Shown here piece by piece: positions 51,444 to 62,243 of a stretch of 64,000 bases of DNA. Source of the stretch: Laetmonice hystrix (Eukaryota); NCBI GenBank assembly GCA_965235115.1, contig OZ249442.1:3410001-3474000 (forward strand), given 5' to 3'. The position numbers were made by a program, and so were the translations under genes. Positions within the stretch are counted from its first letter, which is position 1; the number at the start of each line of letters is the position of its first letter. The notes beneath the pieces are model-generated. The model was not told the DNA's origin. It did not search any database and was given only the letters and a program-made list of their open reading frames with translations.

Positions 51444-51770
51444 CTGACACAAAACCCATTTCAATAAGATCAGTTAGATCACTGATATCAAAAATATTGG
51501 TTCATGAATTCCTTGTTGGTTTACTCTATAATAACTTCAATAATAACTATTATGGTCCCCAAACCCTGCACTAATAGCTCATGCACTTGTTAATGATCAC
51601 TGGATAAATGGATATTGATTTAAAAATAAACCAAATCTAATAAATGAACAGAGAACAAACATCGACTGGGGTAAAAACATGACTAAAAACTTATTTCAGA
51701 ATAAAAGATTTGTTGAACATTGGCCAGTACTGATTCAATAAATTGTGACCTGCAACCAAGACAAACATAC

Positions 51771-51898
51771 GTTTCCACATGCTGACTGTGTGGGGGCCTT
51801 GGCTGGTTTCTTCTGACCTTCTGCTTCAAGCTCATCTGCGAGGCCACATGTGCAGTTTTTACATGCCTTACGCTTCTTGGATTGACTATCACACGAGG
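51771..51898 (-). CDS. CIAPIN1: Anamorsin coding exon 5
   Basis: gcag|CC ... AAC|gtatgt; encodes [24 protein letters not shown]...SACGN (first Fe-S motif CX9CX2CXC). Confidence 0.96.
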
Positions 51899-52177
51899 CT
51901 GCATAATACACACATAATCTTGGGTTGACTATACGAGGCTGCATAATACACACATGTAATCCGTTTTATACGATATTCACAAAAAATAGATTTGATGTTT
52001 AGTGTGTCATAATGTGTCCAGCTTTTCTCTAGGATCTTTGGTTTCTGGCAATAAAATATCTTAGAGAAGCCAAGTACTGACACAAAGATTTACCAGAGTT
52101 AATGTGAGCAGCAATAATAATAACACTGCCAGTTCACAGTTAAACCTATGAAAAATGTATCCACAGACAAACCCTAC

Positions 52178-52318
52178 CTTTGAGTGACTCTGGCTCGGGT
52201 TTCTTGAGATCCTCTTCATCTAATAGGTCATCATCGTCGATAACATCGACATCATCATCGAGAATATCATCAGCAGATAATGACCAAACCCTGGCCGTGT
52301 TATCGTCCACTTTGGGTG
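52178..52318 (-). CDS. CIAPIN1: Anamorsin coding exon 4
   Basis: ctcag|CA ... AAAG|gtaggg; encodes PKVDDNTARVWSLSADDILDDDVDVIDDDDLLDEEDLKKPEPESLK, the typical Dre2 acidic linker. Confidence 0.93.
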
Positions 52319-52506
52319 CTGAGGGTTTCACAGACATAGAACTCTCATTAATATATTGTAAAGAAATCAGATTTACAATTGAAGTAAATGTTTTGAAGGA
52401 AAAATAACTTTGCAAACAAATTGTCGAGGAATTATGCTGCACAGCCTGTCAACACTTGTGAAGTAGTAATTGATAGAACTCGATATAAAAGAGCTTGTTG
52501 GGTTAC

Positions 52507-52666
52507 CTGGTGCAGTCTTTGCGAAGGAAAGTTTCAGTTGTGTACTAGTTCCAACCTCATAGTCTGGTTTCTGGGCAATGACTTCGACGATGCTAACCTC
52601 TGGGCCAACTTTTAGTGCTGCCCTCAGCTCCTTGGCCTCCTCATCCGTCAATGTCACGGGCTCAGC
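52507..52666 (-). CDS. CIAPIN1: Anamorsin coding exon 3
   Basis: cctcag|GCT ... CCAG|gtaacc; encodes AEPVTLTDEE...AQKPDYEVGTSTQLKLSFAK. Confidence 0.93.
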
Positions 52667-52976
52667 CTGAGGACAATCACAACATTCAAACAACACTTCA
52701 CTTGTTGTAGACAACAGGCAAAACTAGGCTTATCTTTTAATAATTATATTCCTTTCTCCATTTTTCTGACTTAAACAGTACTTTAATGAACTCAAGTGAC
52801 TTTTGAAAAATATCGACCCAATTTATGCAGAAATCATCAATCCATGGTGCAACGAATCGCTAAGACTGAATCTGCCAATTACTTTCTAAAGCCACAATTT
52901 CCCGGGACTTTTTTAAAAAATAAGTTCTAAGGATTTTTCAAGGACCTATTAGAACTCTGTATATACAAAAGTATAC

Positions 52977-53203
52977 CTTTGTCATGTTGACGAGTCCAGC
53001 AAGTTTGAGTGCAGAGCACAGATTATCTGGAGTGCGGAGTTGGGAGCCATTGGGTGTTGTTACAGTTGGCTCCTGGACACAGAAAATGCTGCCTGGCCTC
53101 AAGATACGGGCCACCTCAGTCAGTACCTCAGGAGAGTGTACAACTGTTGTGGGCTGTACCTGACCTGACACACAGCCATCGAACGTTGACGCAGAATGAT
53201 CAG
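52977..53203 (-). CDS. CIAPIN1: Anamorsin coding exon 2
   Basis: tttgcag|CT ... AAG|gtatac; encodes DHSASTFDGCVSG...VHSPEVLTEVARILRPG...LCSALKLAGLV (methyltransferase-like domain). Confidence 0.95.
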
Positions 53204-53437
53204 CTGCAAAGACATGTAAAGATAAACTAAGACATTTCAATGTACGTTTTGGACAAACTCCAGGCTTGGTTGTTCAATTCATCCCAGAGTTGAGTCTCAT
53301 GACACTAACCATCTCAAAGCACAACTATTTATCTCAGCAGATTTACAACGATCTCAAGAATAAAAAGACAACAAATGCATAATTCTGCCAAACGGTGGCG
53401 ACTGTTGATACCTGGTGTAAATCATAACAACACCTAC

Positions 53438-53600
53438 ACAAGATGAGTCTGTCAATGTGCTCAACTTGGACACGGCCGGTGAGTCCAACACGATCTTGAA
53501 GAGAATCGACGAGATCTTTCAGTGTGCCCGGTGGACTCCCTGCTCCCCACAGTACCAGAATGGCACCACCAGCAGGGAAGGGTACATGGTCCAGAACCAT
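53438..53600 (-). CDS. CIAPIN1: Anamorsin coding exon 1
   Basis: ATG at 53600; MVLDHVPF...VLWGAGSPP...GRVQVEHIDRLIL; donor T|gtaggt. The six exons total 933 nt = 310 aa + stop with all phases compatible. An acceptor tatttctag at 53632 implies an upstream non-coding exon. Confidence 0.9.
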
Positions 53601-53835
53601 TGTACTGTTTTCTTTTTACCTCACGGTTCACCTAGAAATACAAAACGAAGTTCATCATAACAAGGTTGGAATCCTGCCTTCTAAAGACTGATTTTCACAT
53701 CTCAACATAAAGCAACATTAACAAGATTTTACTCCAAACACAATTCAAACAGGAACATGTTTTTGGATTAGACTTCACAAAACTACTCCCCAATTTAACT
53801 TTGAAAATGTCCAATCCAAGGTAAGGGTGCATATT

Positions 53836-54795
53836 TTTATTTTTTTTATTTTTATTTTTTTTATTGAGCATCTTTATACAGGATTACCTACTCGGCTGAG
53901 AGCCGTCATGAAAGCGGGGTCCTGTGATCACATCATCCGACATATGTACAACATGTTTTATATTACACGGTGAGGTAGAAAGACAAAAGTGAATACAATT
54001 CATGGATTAAAATAAGCGTATTGAGATCACAGAAAACTAACACTACATCACATTATATATCACAGAAAAACTAATACTACATCACACCATATATCATGTA
54101 CTTCACACAGGTAAGTTCACGGTAGTTACTTTTGTTAAGTTAACTCATTTCACCAGGAGTTCCTTTCTATGTTATTGTCTGATAGAAACATTTTTATGTA
54201 ATAAATTTTGATTTGGTTTTTGAAGCAGTCATATTGATTAATGTTTCTTATGTGTGACGGGAGGCTATTCCATAACGTTGGTTTGGTATAACAGTTGGAC
54301 TTTTTGAATAGTTCAGATTTGGGTAACGGGACATGGAGGGAGATAGCATCGTGGGTTCTAGTTCGGATGTCTCTGTTGTCCGTTTGTGCCTGTCTTTCTG
54401 CTATCTCCTTGAAGGTAATTTTCTGAAGCATCATTAGTCTTCGATATTTGCAAGGGAGGATTTTTGCTTCTATGTGGAGGTCAACGGTGTTGTATAGAAT
54501 GCTTTTATCTAGGGCGATCTTTAGCCCTCTGTTCTGAATCACTTGTAGCCTTCGTTATCACCTTCACTACAAGTTCCATTAAAGATACTCCCGTGTTCGA
54601 TATACGGAAGGATCATTGACTTGAATACTGTTAGAGCGGTATGGGTATTGATGAACTGTCTTATTTTTGACAACATATAAACTTTGTGCCCTGTTTTTTT
54701 AATACTATTTTTGATGTGTGCATTAAATTGAAGCTTGCTATCCATAACTATGCCGAGGTACTTGAAGGTGGATACTGGTACAAGATTTACAAGAT
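53836..54795 (-). mobile_element. 5'-truncated L2/Crack-like LINE with A-rich tail
   Basis: RT C-terminal region FKYLGIVMDSKLQFNAHI...MILPYIEHG...QNRGLKIAL...LWNSLPSHIR with one frameshift near 54555; tail caataaaaaaaataaaaataaaaaaataaaaa. Confidence 0.85.
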
Positions 54796-55331
54796 ATATC
54801 TTTCATGGTTAACAGATTTTCTATTTGTTTTAATTAAAGCGAGTCTCACCCGTTAGACCATACTCGCCGACTCCTAGTGCCATATACTACTATCCTATGC
54901 TGTAGCACACGAACTGACGTCTAGTTATATAGCACATCGACAGATAGCATGCAGGGTCTGAGATGTCTGGCATTGCATCGCAATTTGCGATGTAAAAATA
55001 AGATCTGTACAATGCACTGGTGTTGCTGAAAATATTGCTCTACCAAAAACATCAGTTTACCTACAGAAAAGTGGTACTTTCACAGGGATGAGACAATAAA
55101 CAGTAAAAGATGAAAAACTTTACACACTCGAACTCTACACCAGAGGCATCATGTCACATTCATGTGTGCAGCAGGGTGTCCGGGGGCTGCTGATTGACTG
55201 CTGAAGGACCCCAGTTCTAAGTCAAAACTTTTGGACTATTATATATATCTTCTACGGTCGGGTTTAAAAAGGCACAGATGCCTGTTGACCGCTCAACTCA
55301 TTAGGTTAATAGTTATTTTTGATGCGCATGG

Positions 55332-58301
55332 TCATGGAGGGACGGCCACCGTATTATAGCGTTGATCTAAACAGTGCTGGTCTAGTCGACTTTTCAGTGC
55401 ATCAATGCTCGGTGCCGACACAACATATTCAGGAAGGGCATTCCAGGCATTTACTATTCTTGATGCATAAAATCTCTGTTTAGTGCTGGTATTGAAGCGT
55501 TCTTTCTTTAGCTTGAACTGGTGACCTCTGGTTGTGGAAGAAGTATCCCGGATAAACATTCTCTGCTTGCATCTAAATATTCCATGTAGGTATTTGTAGG
55601 TATTGATAATATCGCCTCTATAGTGTCTATACATTAGTGAAGGAAGATTTAATATTTGTAGCCTGTCATGGTAGTTTAAAACCTTCAGTTCAGGAACCAG
55701 CTTTGTCGCTCTTCTCTGGACATTTTCTAGCTTCTCGCAGTCTGATTTAGTTGAAGGGGCCCATACACTAAAACCATACTCCAAATGTGGTCTTACTAAT
55801 GCTTTGTAGAGGTAGGTGAAATTTTCCTTTGATAAATAGATGTATGATCTTCTTAAGGTTCCTAATATACCGTTGGCTTTCTTCACAGCTGTATCAATGT
55901 GGTATGTAAATTGAAGTTTATTGTCGATATGTACTCCTAGATCTTTTTCAACCAGGGTAGTCTGTAGAGGGATATTTTCGTTGCCACTTCTCATATAATA
56001 TAAGTTGTTGTCCATCTCGTGCCTACCAAGTCTCATCGCCTTACATTTGTTTGCGTTGAATTTCATTAGCCATGTATCACCCCAGTCGACAGCATTGTTT
56101 AAGTCTTCCTGTAGCATAAGATGTTGCTTCGAATCTGCAAAAAGCTTGGTGTCATCGGCGAACATTTCTATATTAGTGATTATGTCATCAGGTAAGTCAT
56201 TTATATAACAAACGAAGAGCAACGGCCCTAGGACACTTCCCTGGGGTATCCCACTCGTCACTGAGCACCAGTCTGAATGAAATCCATTTACTATGGTCCT
56301 TTGATATCTTCCAGAGAGAAAGTCACTAATCCATTTTATAATCTGCTCAGAGATGCCATAGCTTTTCAACTTAATTTTGAGCCTCTCATGGGGAACTTTG
56401 TCGAACGCCTTTTGGAAATCCAGATATATAACATCAACGCAGCCCCCCTCATCTATGACGTCAGTCCACGTATCCAGGCATGCCAGTAGGTTGGTAGTGC
56501 AGGACCTGCCACTCATGAATCCATGTTGTTGGTCCGAAAATAGCTTTTGCGAGAGCATAAAACTCATAATTTTGTTCCTGATGAAAGACTCCAATATTTT
56601 ACAAGCTACTGCAGTGAGACTGACTGGTCTATAGTTTCCTGGATCTGTTCTATCACCTTTCTTGTAAATCGATGTTATGTGTGCTAGTTTCCACTGTTTC
56701 GGTAGTTTTCCCGTATTTAGTGATAGATTAAAGATTAGAGTGAGGGGAACTGATAGTTCGCTGCGCGCCTCTCTGAAGATTCTAGGGTGTATGCCGTCCG
56801 GTCCAGGCGATTTAGATGTTTTTAGGTTAGATAACTTCTTTGAGACGTCCTCCACGGTTATGGAAATGTGGTCCTCCATAGCCCTGTTATATCGTGGTTG
56901 GAGAATAGGTATATTATCCAAGGTTTCCTGCGTGAAGACACTCGAAAAGAATTTGTTTAACGTATTCGCCTTTTCTACGTCATCCTGGGTGGTTGTTCCG
57001 TCAACATTTTTTAAGTCAGGGATACCAACCCGAGTCTTTGTCTTACTCTGTGCATAACGGTAGAAGGCCTTCGGATTCGTCTTAACTTCTCTGGCAAGAC
57101 ATCTCTCGTATTCCCTGACAGCTTTGCGTGTCTCCCTCTTTGCCTTGTTTCTGGCCCTTGTGTAGACTAGGTAGTCACTATCCTCGTCAGTCTCTAAAAA
57201 TTTTTCAAACATTTCCTTTTTCCTCCTGGTCTGCTCCAGTGCTGTTCCAGTCATCCAGAGGGGTTTCCTCTTCCTTTTTCTGGGGTAAAGTTTGGGAATA
57301 GTTCTCTCCATCACATCCAACATGGTCTCTGCAAGAAATTTCCAGCATTCATCCACTGATCGATCCTCAAACTCTCCTATCCAGTCCACGGCACCTATCA
57401 ACTGACGAAGTTGGACATAATCACCTTTGTGGTATGCAAAGCGAGGTTTCTCCACAGCTACTGAATTGAAATAACTGGTAAACTTGAGAGATAAGCATAA
57501 ATGGTGGCTTTTTCCTAAAGGTGCACCATAGTCAATTTCGCCTATCATGCCCTCCTCGTTAGTCAATATAAGGTCAATGAGAGTCGGTCTCTGGCCAGGC
57601 CTGTAGTGGGTAGGACTTGTAACATGCTGGAATAAGAAACAATCATTGACTGTTTCAATAAATGCCGTCTGATGCTTAGCACTCTCGGGAACCTGGCGAT
57701 TGATCCAATCTATATCTGGATAGTTTAAGTCTCCCATTATCAATAGATGACTGCTTCTTTTTTGATCAGCTAAGGTCATCACCTTGTCAATTTCAATGTT
57801 GTTTTCTGCACTACTGTTAGGTGATCTGTAAATACAGCCAACTAGCAGTTTGTCCTTCCCATTCAGTTTAATTTCACACCAAACAGTCTCATCCTCTGAA
57901 GAGTTAAAGTCGACTGGCGTTGCAGCTAATTGCTTCTTAACATATAGGAGGACTCCCCTTTTATAGTTAGCATTTGAAAAACAATCATAGCCTTCAACGT
58001 CTAGCTCACAGGGTTGAACTTGATATCTAGCATTCTTTGGCATCGATTCTGAAATGGCAACAATGTGATAATCTTCAGAGCTAATTAAAAGTTTGAGTTC
58101 ATCACGTTTGTTTAAGATAGAATCAGCATTCGTATACATAATATTGAAACCATGGTTGTCCCTGTGTCCATGGTTCCTAACTCTTTGGTCCCTGTGGGCT
58201 TGTCTTTTTGTTTTAAATCTTGGTTTGTGGGAAACACCGTCCGAGCTCTGATTTTGATTATCCTTGGATTCCCTGGTGGGCCTCTGACTACATAGTCCCA
58301 T
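55332..58301 (-). CDS. CR1 ORF2: AP endonuclease + reverse transcriptase
   Basis: YTNADS, IYRSPNS, MGDLNYP, IDLILTN (EN); NYRPVSLT, YLDFQKAFDKVPH, GIPQGSVLGP, FADD, DLGV, VQRRATK (RT). Alternative start M at 58139. Confidence 0.96.
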   Translation of the reverse strand: MGLCSQRPTRESKDNQNQSSDGVSHKPRFKTKRQAHRDQRVRNHGHRDNHGFNIMYTNADSILNKRDELKLLISSEDYHIVAISESMPKNARYQVQPCELDVEGYDCFSNANYKRGVLLYVKKQLAATPVDFNSSEDETVWCEIKLNGKDKLLVGCIYRSPNSSAENNIEIDKVMTLADQKRSSHLLIMGDLNYPDIDWINRQVPESAKHQTAFIETVNDCFLFQHVTSPTHYRPGQRPTLIDLILTNEEGMIGEIDYGAPLGKSHHLCLSLKFTSYFNSVAVEKPRFAYHKGDYVQLRQLIGAVDWIGEFEDRSVDECWKFLAETMLDVMERTIPKLYPRKRKRKPLWMTGTALEQTRRKKEMFEKFLETDEDSDYLVYTRARNKAKRETRKAVREYERCLAREVKTNPKAFYRYAQSKTKTRVGIPDLKNVDGTTTQDDVEKANTLNKFFSSVFTQETLDNIPILQPRYNRAMEDHISITVEDVSKKLSNLKTSKSPGPDGIHPRIFREARSELSVPLTLIFNLSLNTGKLPKQWKLAHITSIYKKGDRTDPGNYRPVSLTAVACKILESFIRNKIMSFMLSQKLFSDQQHGFMSGRSCTTNLLACLDTWTDVIDEGGCVDVIYLDFQKAFDKVPHERLKIKLKSYGISEQIIKWISDFLSGRYQRTIVNGFHSDWCSVTSGIPQGSVLGPLLFVCYINDLPDDIITNIEMFADDTKLFADSKQHLMLQEDLNNAVDWGDTWLMKFNANKCKAMRLGRHEMDNNLYYMRSGNENIPLQTTLVEKDLGVHIDNKLQFTYHIDTAVKKANGILGTLRRSYIYLSKENFTYLYKALVRPHLEYGFSVWAPSTKSDCEKLENVQRRATKLVPELKVLNYHDRLQILNLPSLMYRHYRGDIINTYKYLHGIFRCKQRMFIRDTSSTTRGHQFKLKKERFNTSTKQRFYASRIVNAWNALPEYVVSAPSIDALKSRLDQHCLDQRYNTVAVPP

Positions 58302-59386
58302 TCCCCGCTCTCGTTGTTCTCCTTCAAGTTTTTTGCTTCATCCACCTTCAGTTGTACTTTCTCTCTATCCTCTCTGGTTAGATCATTTGTTACACTTATC
58401 CTTTTAAACTTATCTTCTGCATTTTTTAAACGATAGAGACTTGCCATAAGACTTAACTTGTCCTCCTTACTATCAAGCACAATCTTCAATGGCCTTTTGC
58501 CTGCCTGTTTGCTTGTTGCTCTTCCCCCAAGTCTATAAACATCTTTAATTTTCATTTCATCCATTTCCAAGGGTCCACTGCATAATTGATTGAAGAAGGC
58601 CTTATCACCTTCCTTCCTCCTTTCCCAGCTATCATCCTTAATTTCTGGTACATTGTGTATTATAATATTAGATTCTCTCGTTTCCCTCTCAAGGTTTTCC
58701 TTGTGTTGATTCTCAAGTTCATTTTTTAAGATCTCTCTAATACATGGTGTCTCTCCTGTTTCTGAAGTTCCCCAGGCCCCCTTCACTTCTTCTATTTGCT
58801 TGATTGTCTGTTCCTGCTTGTTTTCAATCTGTTGAATATTACTCGATACAGCTTTTTGACTTTCTTCAATCTGTTTCAGGGTACTTGCATGACTATCTCC
58901 AAGCCCCTTGAGTTTTGTTTCTACCACTCTCTCAACTGTTTCCTCCAAAATCTCTGCAATACGTTTTCCGCTAACTTGATCCACTAACCTCGCCTCAAGT
59001 GATTTTACCTTCTCAACCAGTGTACGTAAGAGGTTAACTTCATCTGTAGCATGGAAACTTACCGTTGAGGTACAGCCTTCACACAGCCATAAGACGTCGT
59101 CTCGTTCTGTCACTGCTCTCGAAACATCATACTGACCTGGTGCAATTCCTAGACAGTCTATGCATAGCCTCCTCTTACACTTTGTATTATGACACTCAAA
59201 CATCCTACATGAGTCATCCTCAAAGGAAACATTGCACTTGCCACAAACCCAGACGGTGTCATTGTCCAGTCCCTCGTAATTCCCGCTCAGCACATCTCCC
59301 TGCGAATTGGCGCCATCTTGTCTGATGTCGGCTACTGTCAGGGTGTTTCCGGTTCGCTTTTTCTTGGGTCCTCTTTTTTCACTCAT
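58112..59386 (-). CDS. CR1 ORF1: PHD-like finger, coiled coil and RRM-like domain, 424 aa
   Basis: CGKC...CHNTKC...CIDC...WLCEGC; heptad-rich region; RESNIIIHNVPE, VYRLG, RPLKIVL and ISVTNDLT motifs typical of LINE ORF1. Confidence 0.9.
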   Translation of the reverse strand: MSEKRGPKKKRTGNTLTVADIRQDGANSQGDVLSGNYEGLDNDTVWVCGKCNVSFEDDSCRMFECHNTKCKRRLCIDCLGIAPGQYDVSRAVTERDDVLWLCEGCTSTVSFHATDEVNLLRTLVEKVKSLEARLVDQVSGKRIAEILEETVERVVETKLKGLGDSHASTLKQIEESQKAVSSNIQQIENKQEQTIKQIEEVKGAWGTSETGETPCIREILKNELENQHKENLERETRESNIIIHNVPEIKDDSWERRKEGDKAFFNQLCSGPLEMDEMKIKDVYRLGGRATSKQAGKRPLKIVLDSKEDKLSLMASLYRLKNAEDKFKRISVTNDLTREDREKVQLKVDEAKNLKENNESGEWDYVVRGPPGNPRIIKIRARTVFPTNQDLKQKDKPTGTKELGTMDTGTTMVSILCIRMLILS

Positions 59387-59725
59387 GTTGACTTCAAATT
59401 TGGTAAACCTTCCTTTAGGAAGCTAAGAAGATCCTGGGTAGTGATAATGTCGTTGATGTTTTATCACATAACTTAGGCCACTGAAATCCTATGTCGTAAA
59501 AGACTGCAGAGCACGGCCCCTGTGTGTTGTGTATTGGCAACCAGCGATTTTTTTTCCTGATAGAAAACTGAATGACAGGTCTCCTAGAAATTCCTCCTGG
59601 CAGCCCTTCGACACACCTTAGGTGAATAGAGCTTCATTCACCCCCAAATTTAAATCAAAATTCATTTGATTCACAATTTTTTTTTAGATATTTCCTCCGG
59701 TATCCAAGGACGCGTCCTCTCCATT

Positions 59726-59764
59726 CGACGCATGCGCACCATCGTCCCGACGCATGCGCACCAT
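59726..59764. promoter_or_regulatory. Tandem NRF1-like sites; candidate anamorsin promoter
   Basis: cgacgcatgcgcaccat at 59726 and 59748. Candidate minus-strand donor AAG|GTGTGT at 59616. Confidence 0.45.
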
Positions 59765-59948
59765 TATACATGTGGTGAATTCTGGGCTATTTTAGAGTCA
59801 TTTTTGCATCTGACCACCCTTTTTTTATAAAAACCGTGGTTCCCCGCCCCATATTATTAGTCCGAGAAGCTCTGACCCTTCACATATTGACTACTAACCC
59901 ATATCAGGGTTCTCAGACCGGCGACGGACAGTCCGTCCCTTGCCCTTG

Positions 59949-61276
59949 CAGGGCTGCCCACCCTTGCAAATCCTGGAGCAGAATAAGCCATTTCGGTATC
60001 TCAGCTGGCGCGGTGCATTGTGGGATTGGGATTGGGGTTTAGAACCCAAACAAACGCACGTGGTCACCGCTGGTATGCGAATAAGGTAAGATGGCGGAGG
60101 TGAATTTGAAGATCGACGGAGAAACTTGCAAGTTAGAGGATTTTGAGAGATCGAAGGTGGAAGATTTGACGCCATATTGTTGAAGGAGAGGTCTAACTGA
60201 CAGCCTGAGGCAGAAGAAAGAATTTTCTGCCCCTAGTTAATCCAGCAGCAGTAGAGAAAGTACCGCTTGTCATGACGCGATAAGAGGAGAGGCTTTCCTT
60301 GAGCTGTCAACTGTCGACACTGCATGGTCATTGCATTAAAATGTTAGGCTTAGACCCGAACAATGAGTTGAATCATGGATGGTTTGACGAAGATTGTTTA
60401 TCCCGTTTTTGTGTCCGCTAGGTTCCGTTTTTTTTTTTTCAATTGGAAAGGGGAAGTTAGCTCAAACCTCGCCCGCCTCAGACCGACGCAGTGAGTGAAG
60501 CCACAGCACAGGCATAGGCGGGCTTTGGCGCACGGCTGGCCGGGCGGGTGTGCGGTTAGGAGCTCGGTAGTCGTCCGTTAGGCCTAGGTCCATGCCTTTC
60601 TCCCCGCGCAAAGCTTGCCGGCGATGCTCGGCCCCACCCTCCCGCAGCCGATTTCAGCCATAAATCTCATACATTTTGGAGCAGTAGTTTGCCAAGACTT
60701 TCCTAGTCGAAAACAATAGGCCTATGAAATGACAAGATTCAAGAAGACGAGACAGGGCGAGCCTGGGGCACTGACAGAAGGCAGTGTTGACGGGCCTGAG
60801 CTCACTTGCTCCCCGGCTCGCAGGTCGGTCATGCGTGCGCGGCGAACGACACTGTCTGCCGGGAGTCTGAGTCGGTGTATCCAAAGTCATATTTAATAAA
60901 CTTAGCAATAAATCATTATCAAATTTGCCATGCCTAAAGGTTAATATGTTCTATCGCTACGAAAAATATTTTTAGTGATTGGGCCCGATAAATTTTGATG
61001 AAATGCGCGAATAAGTAGGATAAAGTAGGATTGACACTCGTTGAACATGCTTCCCTGGCCGTTTGTTTGGGTTCCGTCAGTCGTGACCTTGGTCAAGGTC
61101 GAATCGCCGAGCATGCGCACTCGTAACTCCGAAATGGCTTATTCCAACTGATTGGAGCAAAGTGTCTGGTCTTTGGGGTGTCTTTTTTGTGGGGGGGGGG
61201 GGAAGAAGCCCTTGTCGCAAATTTCATGGTCCTTGTCGCACATTTTTTGCGACAGTGCGACAGATGGACAGCCCTG
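59949..61276. mobile_element. 1.3-kb TIR element with 5-bp target duplication
   Basis: CAGGGCTGCCCA ... TGGACAGCCCTG (11/12). CCTTG at 59944-59948 and 61277-61281. tgtcgca/tgcgaca subterminal repeats at the right end. Confidence 0.7.
60091..60290 (+). pseudogene. Possible decayed SAP-like coding fragment
   Basis: MAEVNLKIDGETCKLEDFERSKVEDLTPYC*RRGL..RQKKE resembles the SAP-like N-termini of invertebrate transposon proteins; it has a stop and a frameshift. Resemblance only. Confidence 0.3.
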
Positions 61277-62243
61277 CCTTGGTTGTAGGGCCTGCAATTT
61301 ATGGTCCGTCGCGCTTAGTTAAACAGCCCCCTGGTGCATGGGACAAAGCCCCCCCCCCCCTCCCAAGCTCAATTTAGGCTATTATTATAGAGCCTTATCT
61401 TGCGGTCTAGCCTCTAGGTGGTGAAGTAAGGCCAATCTAAAATTCTTGCAGTTCTTGTTACAAGAACTGCAATAACAAATTGTTGATGTCTGAGTTATGT
61501 TATGAATAATATTATGAATATGATGGTGATGTCTTTGCTTTCCCAAGCCTAAGCCCTAACGACTAACGTTAACTTTACTTTGTCATGTGACTATCTTTGC
61601 TGGCTTTGCTTTTGGAAAGGGATCATCTAACGAGCTGGAACGAAGAAGCGTTCCCATTACTGGCTAATTGGACACGGTGACAATGCATCTTTAGTCTCCG
61701 TTATCCTCCTGGCGACTCAGATTGCGAGATGAGATTGGCTTATCGTTTGGTGTTCTACGACCGTCCACTTTGACTTGGGTGTCCGTGATTGGTGCGTCAG
61801 TGTGTCTGTGATCGACTCTTCCACTCGCCGACAATGCGACGAAATCTAGATCTATTTGCGACCAATACTTCATCAAATCACATATAGAAAATTACGTACG
61901 AAACGTAAGGTACCAAATACCTTTATGGTTCTATGATCAAGGCGAAAATTTGTGGGAAACACCTACCTATAAAGTTATTTGTGGCCACTTATTTCTAAAT
62001 CGATCCAACCAAACTCGAGAGGATGGGTAATCGCAGCGACACCTGTCGGACTCGTAGATTAACTGCACCACATGGTTAAATCTTTTCCTCAAAACACACC
62101 TTTAGTGATAATATAACATATTTTTATGATGATTATAAGTGTCTTTAAAAGAAATATATAGGTAAAGTGTGTTGAAAAGAAACAGAAAAAAAATAAATGA
62201 ACCTCGCTATTCTCGTGTTGTCGAGAAGGACTGCGAGTCTCAA

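Larger units (their letters stand above)
55240..59547 (-). mobile_element. Full-length CR1-clade LINE
   Basis: ORF1 and ORF2 both open. The 3' UTR has an AGGC-atctgt-GCCT stem and a short (AT)n tail. The 5' boundary is approximate and no target duplication was found. Confidence 0.9.

Noticed and set aside
60654-60908. SWIM-like CQC...CHFIGLLF frame on the minus strand
   Set aside because: The spacing is non-canonical and it is on the opposite strand to the SAP-like fragment.
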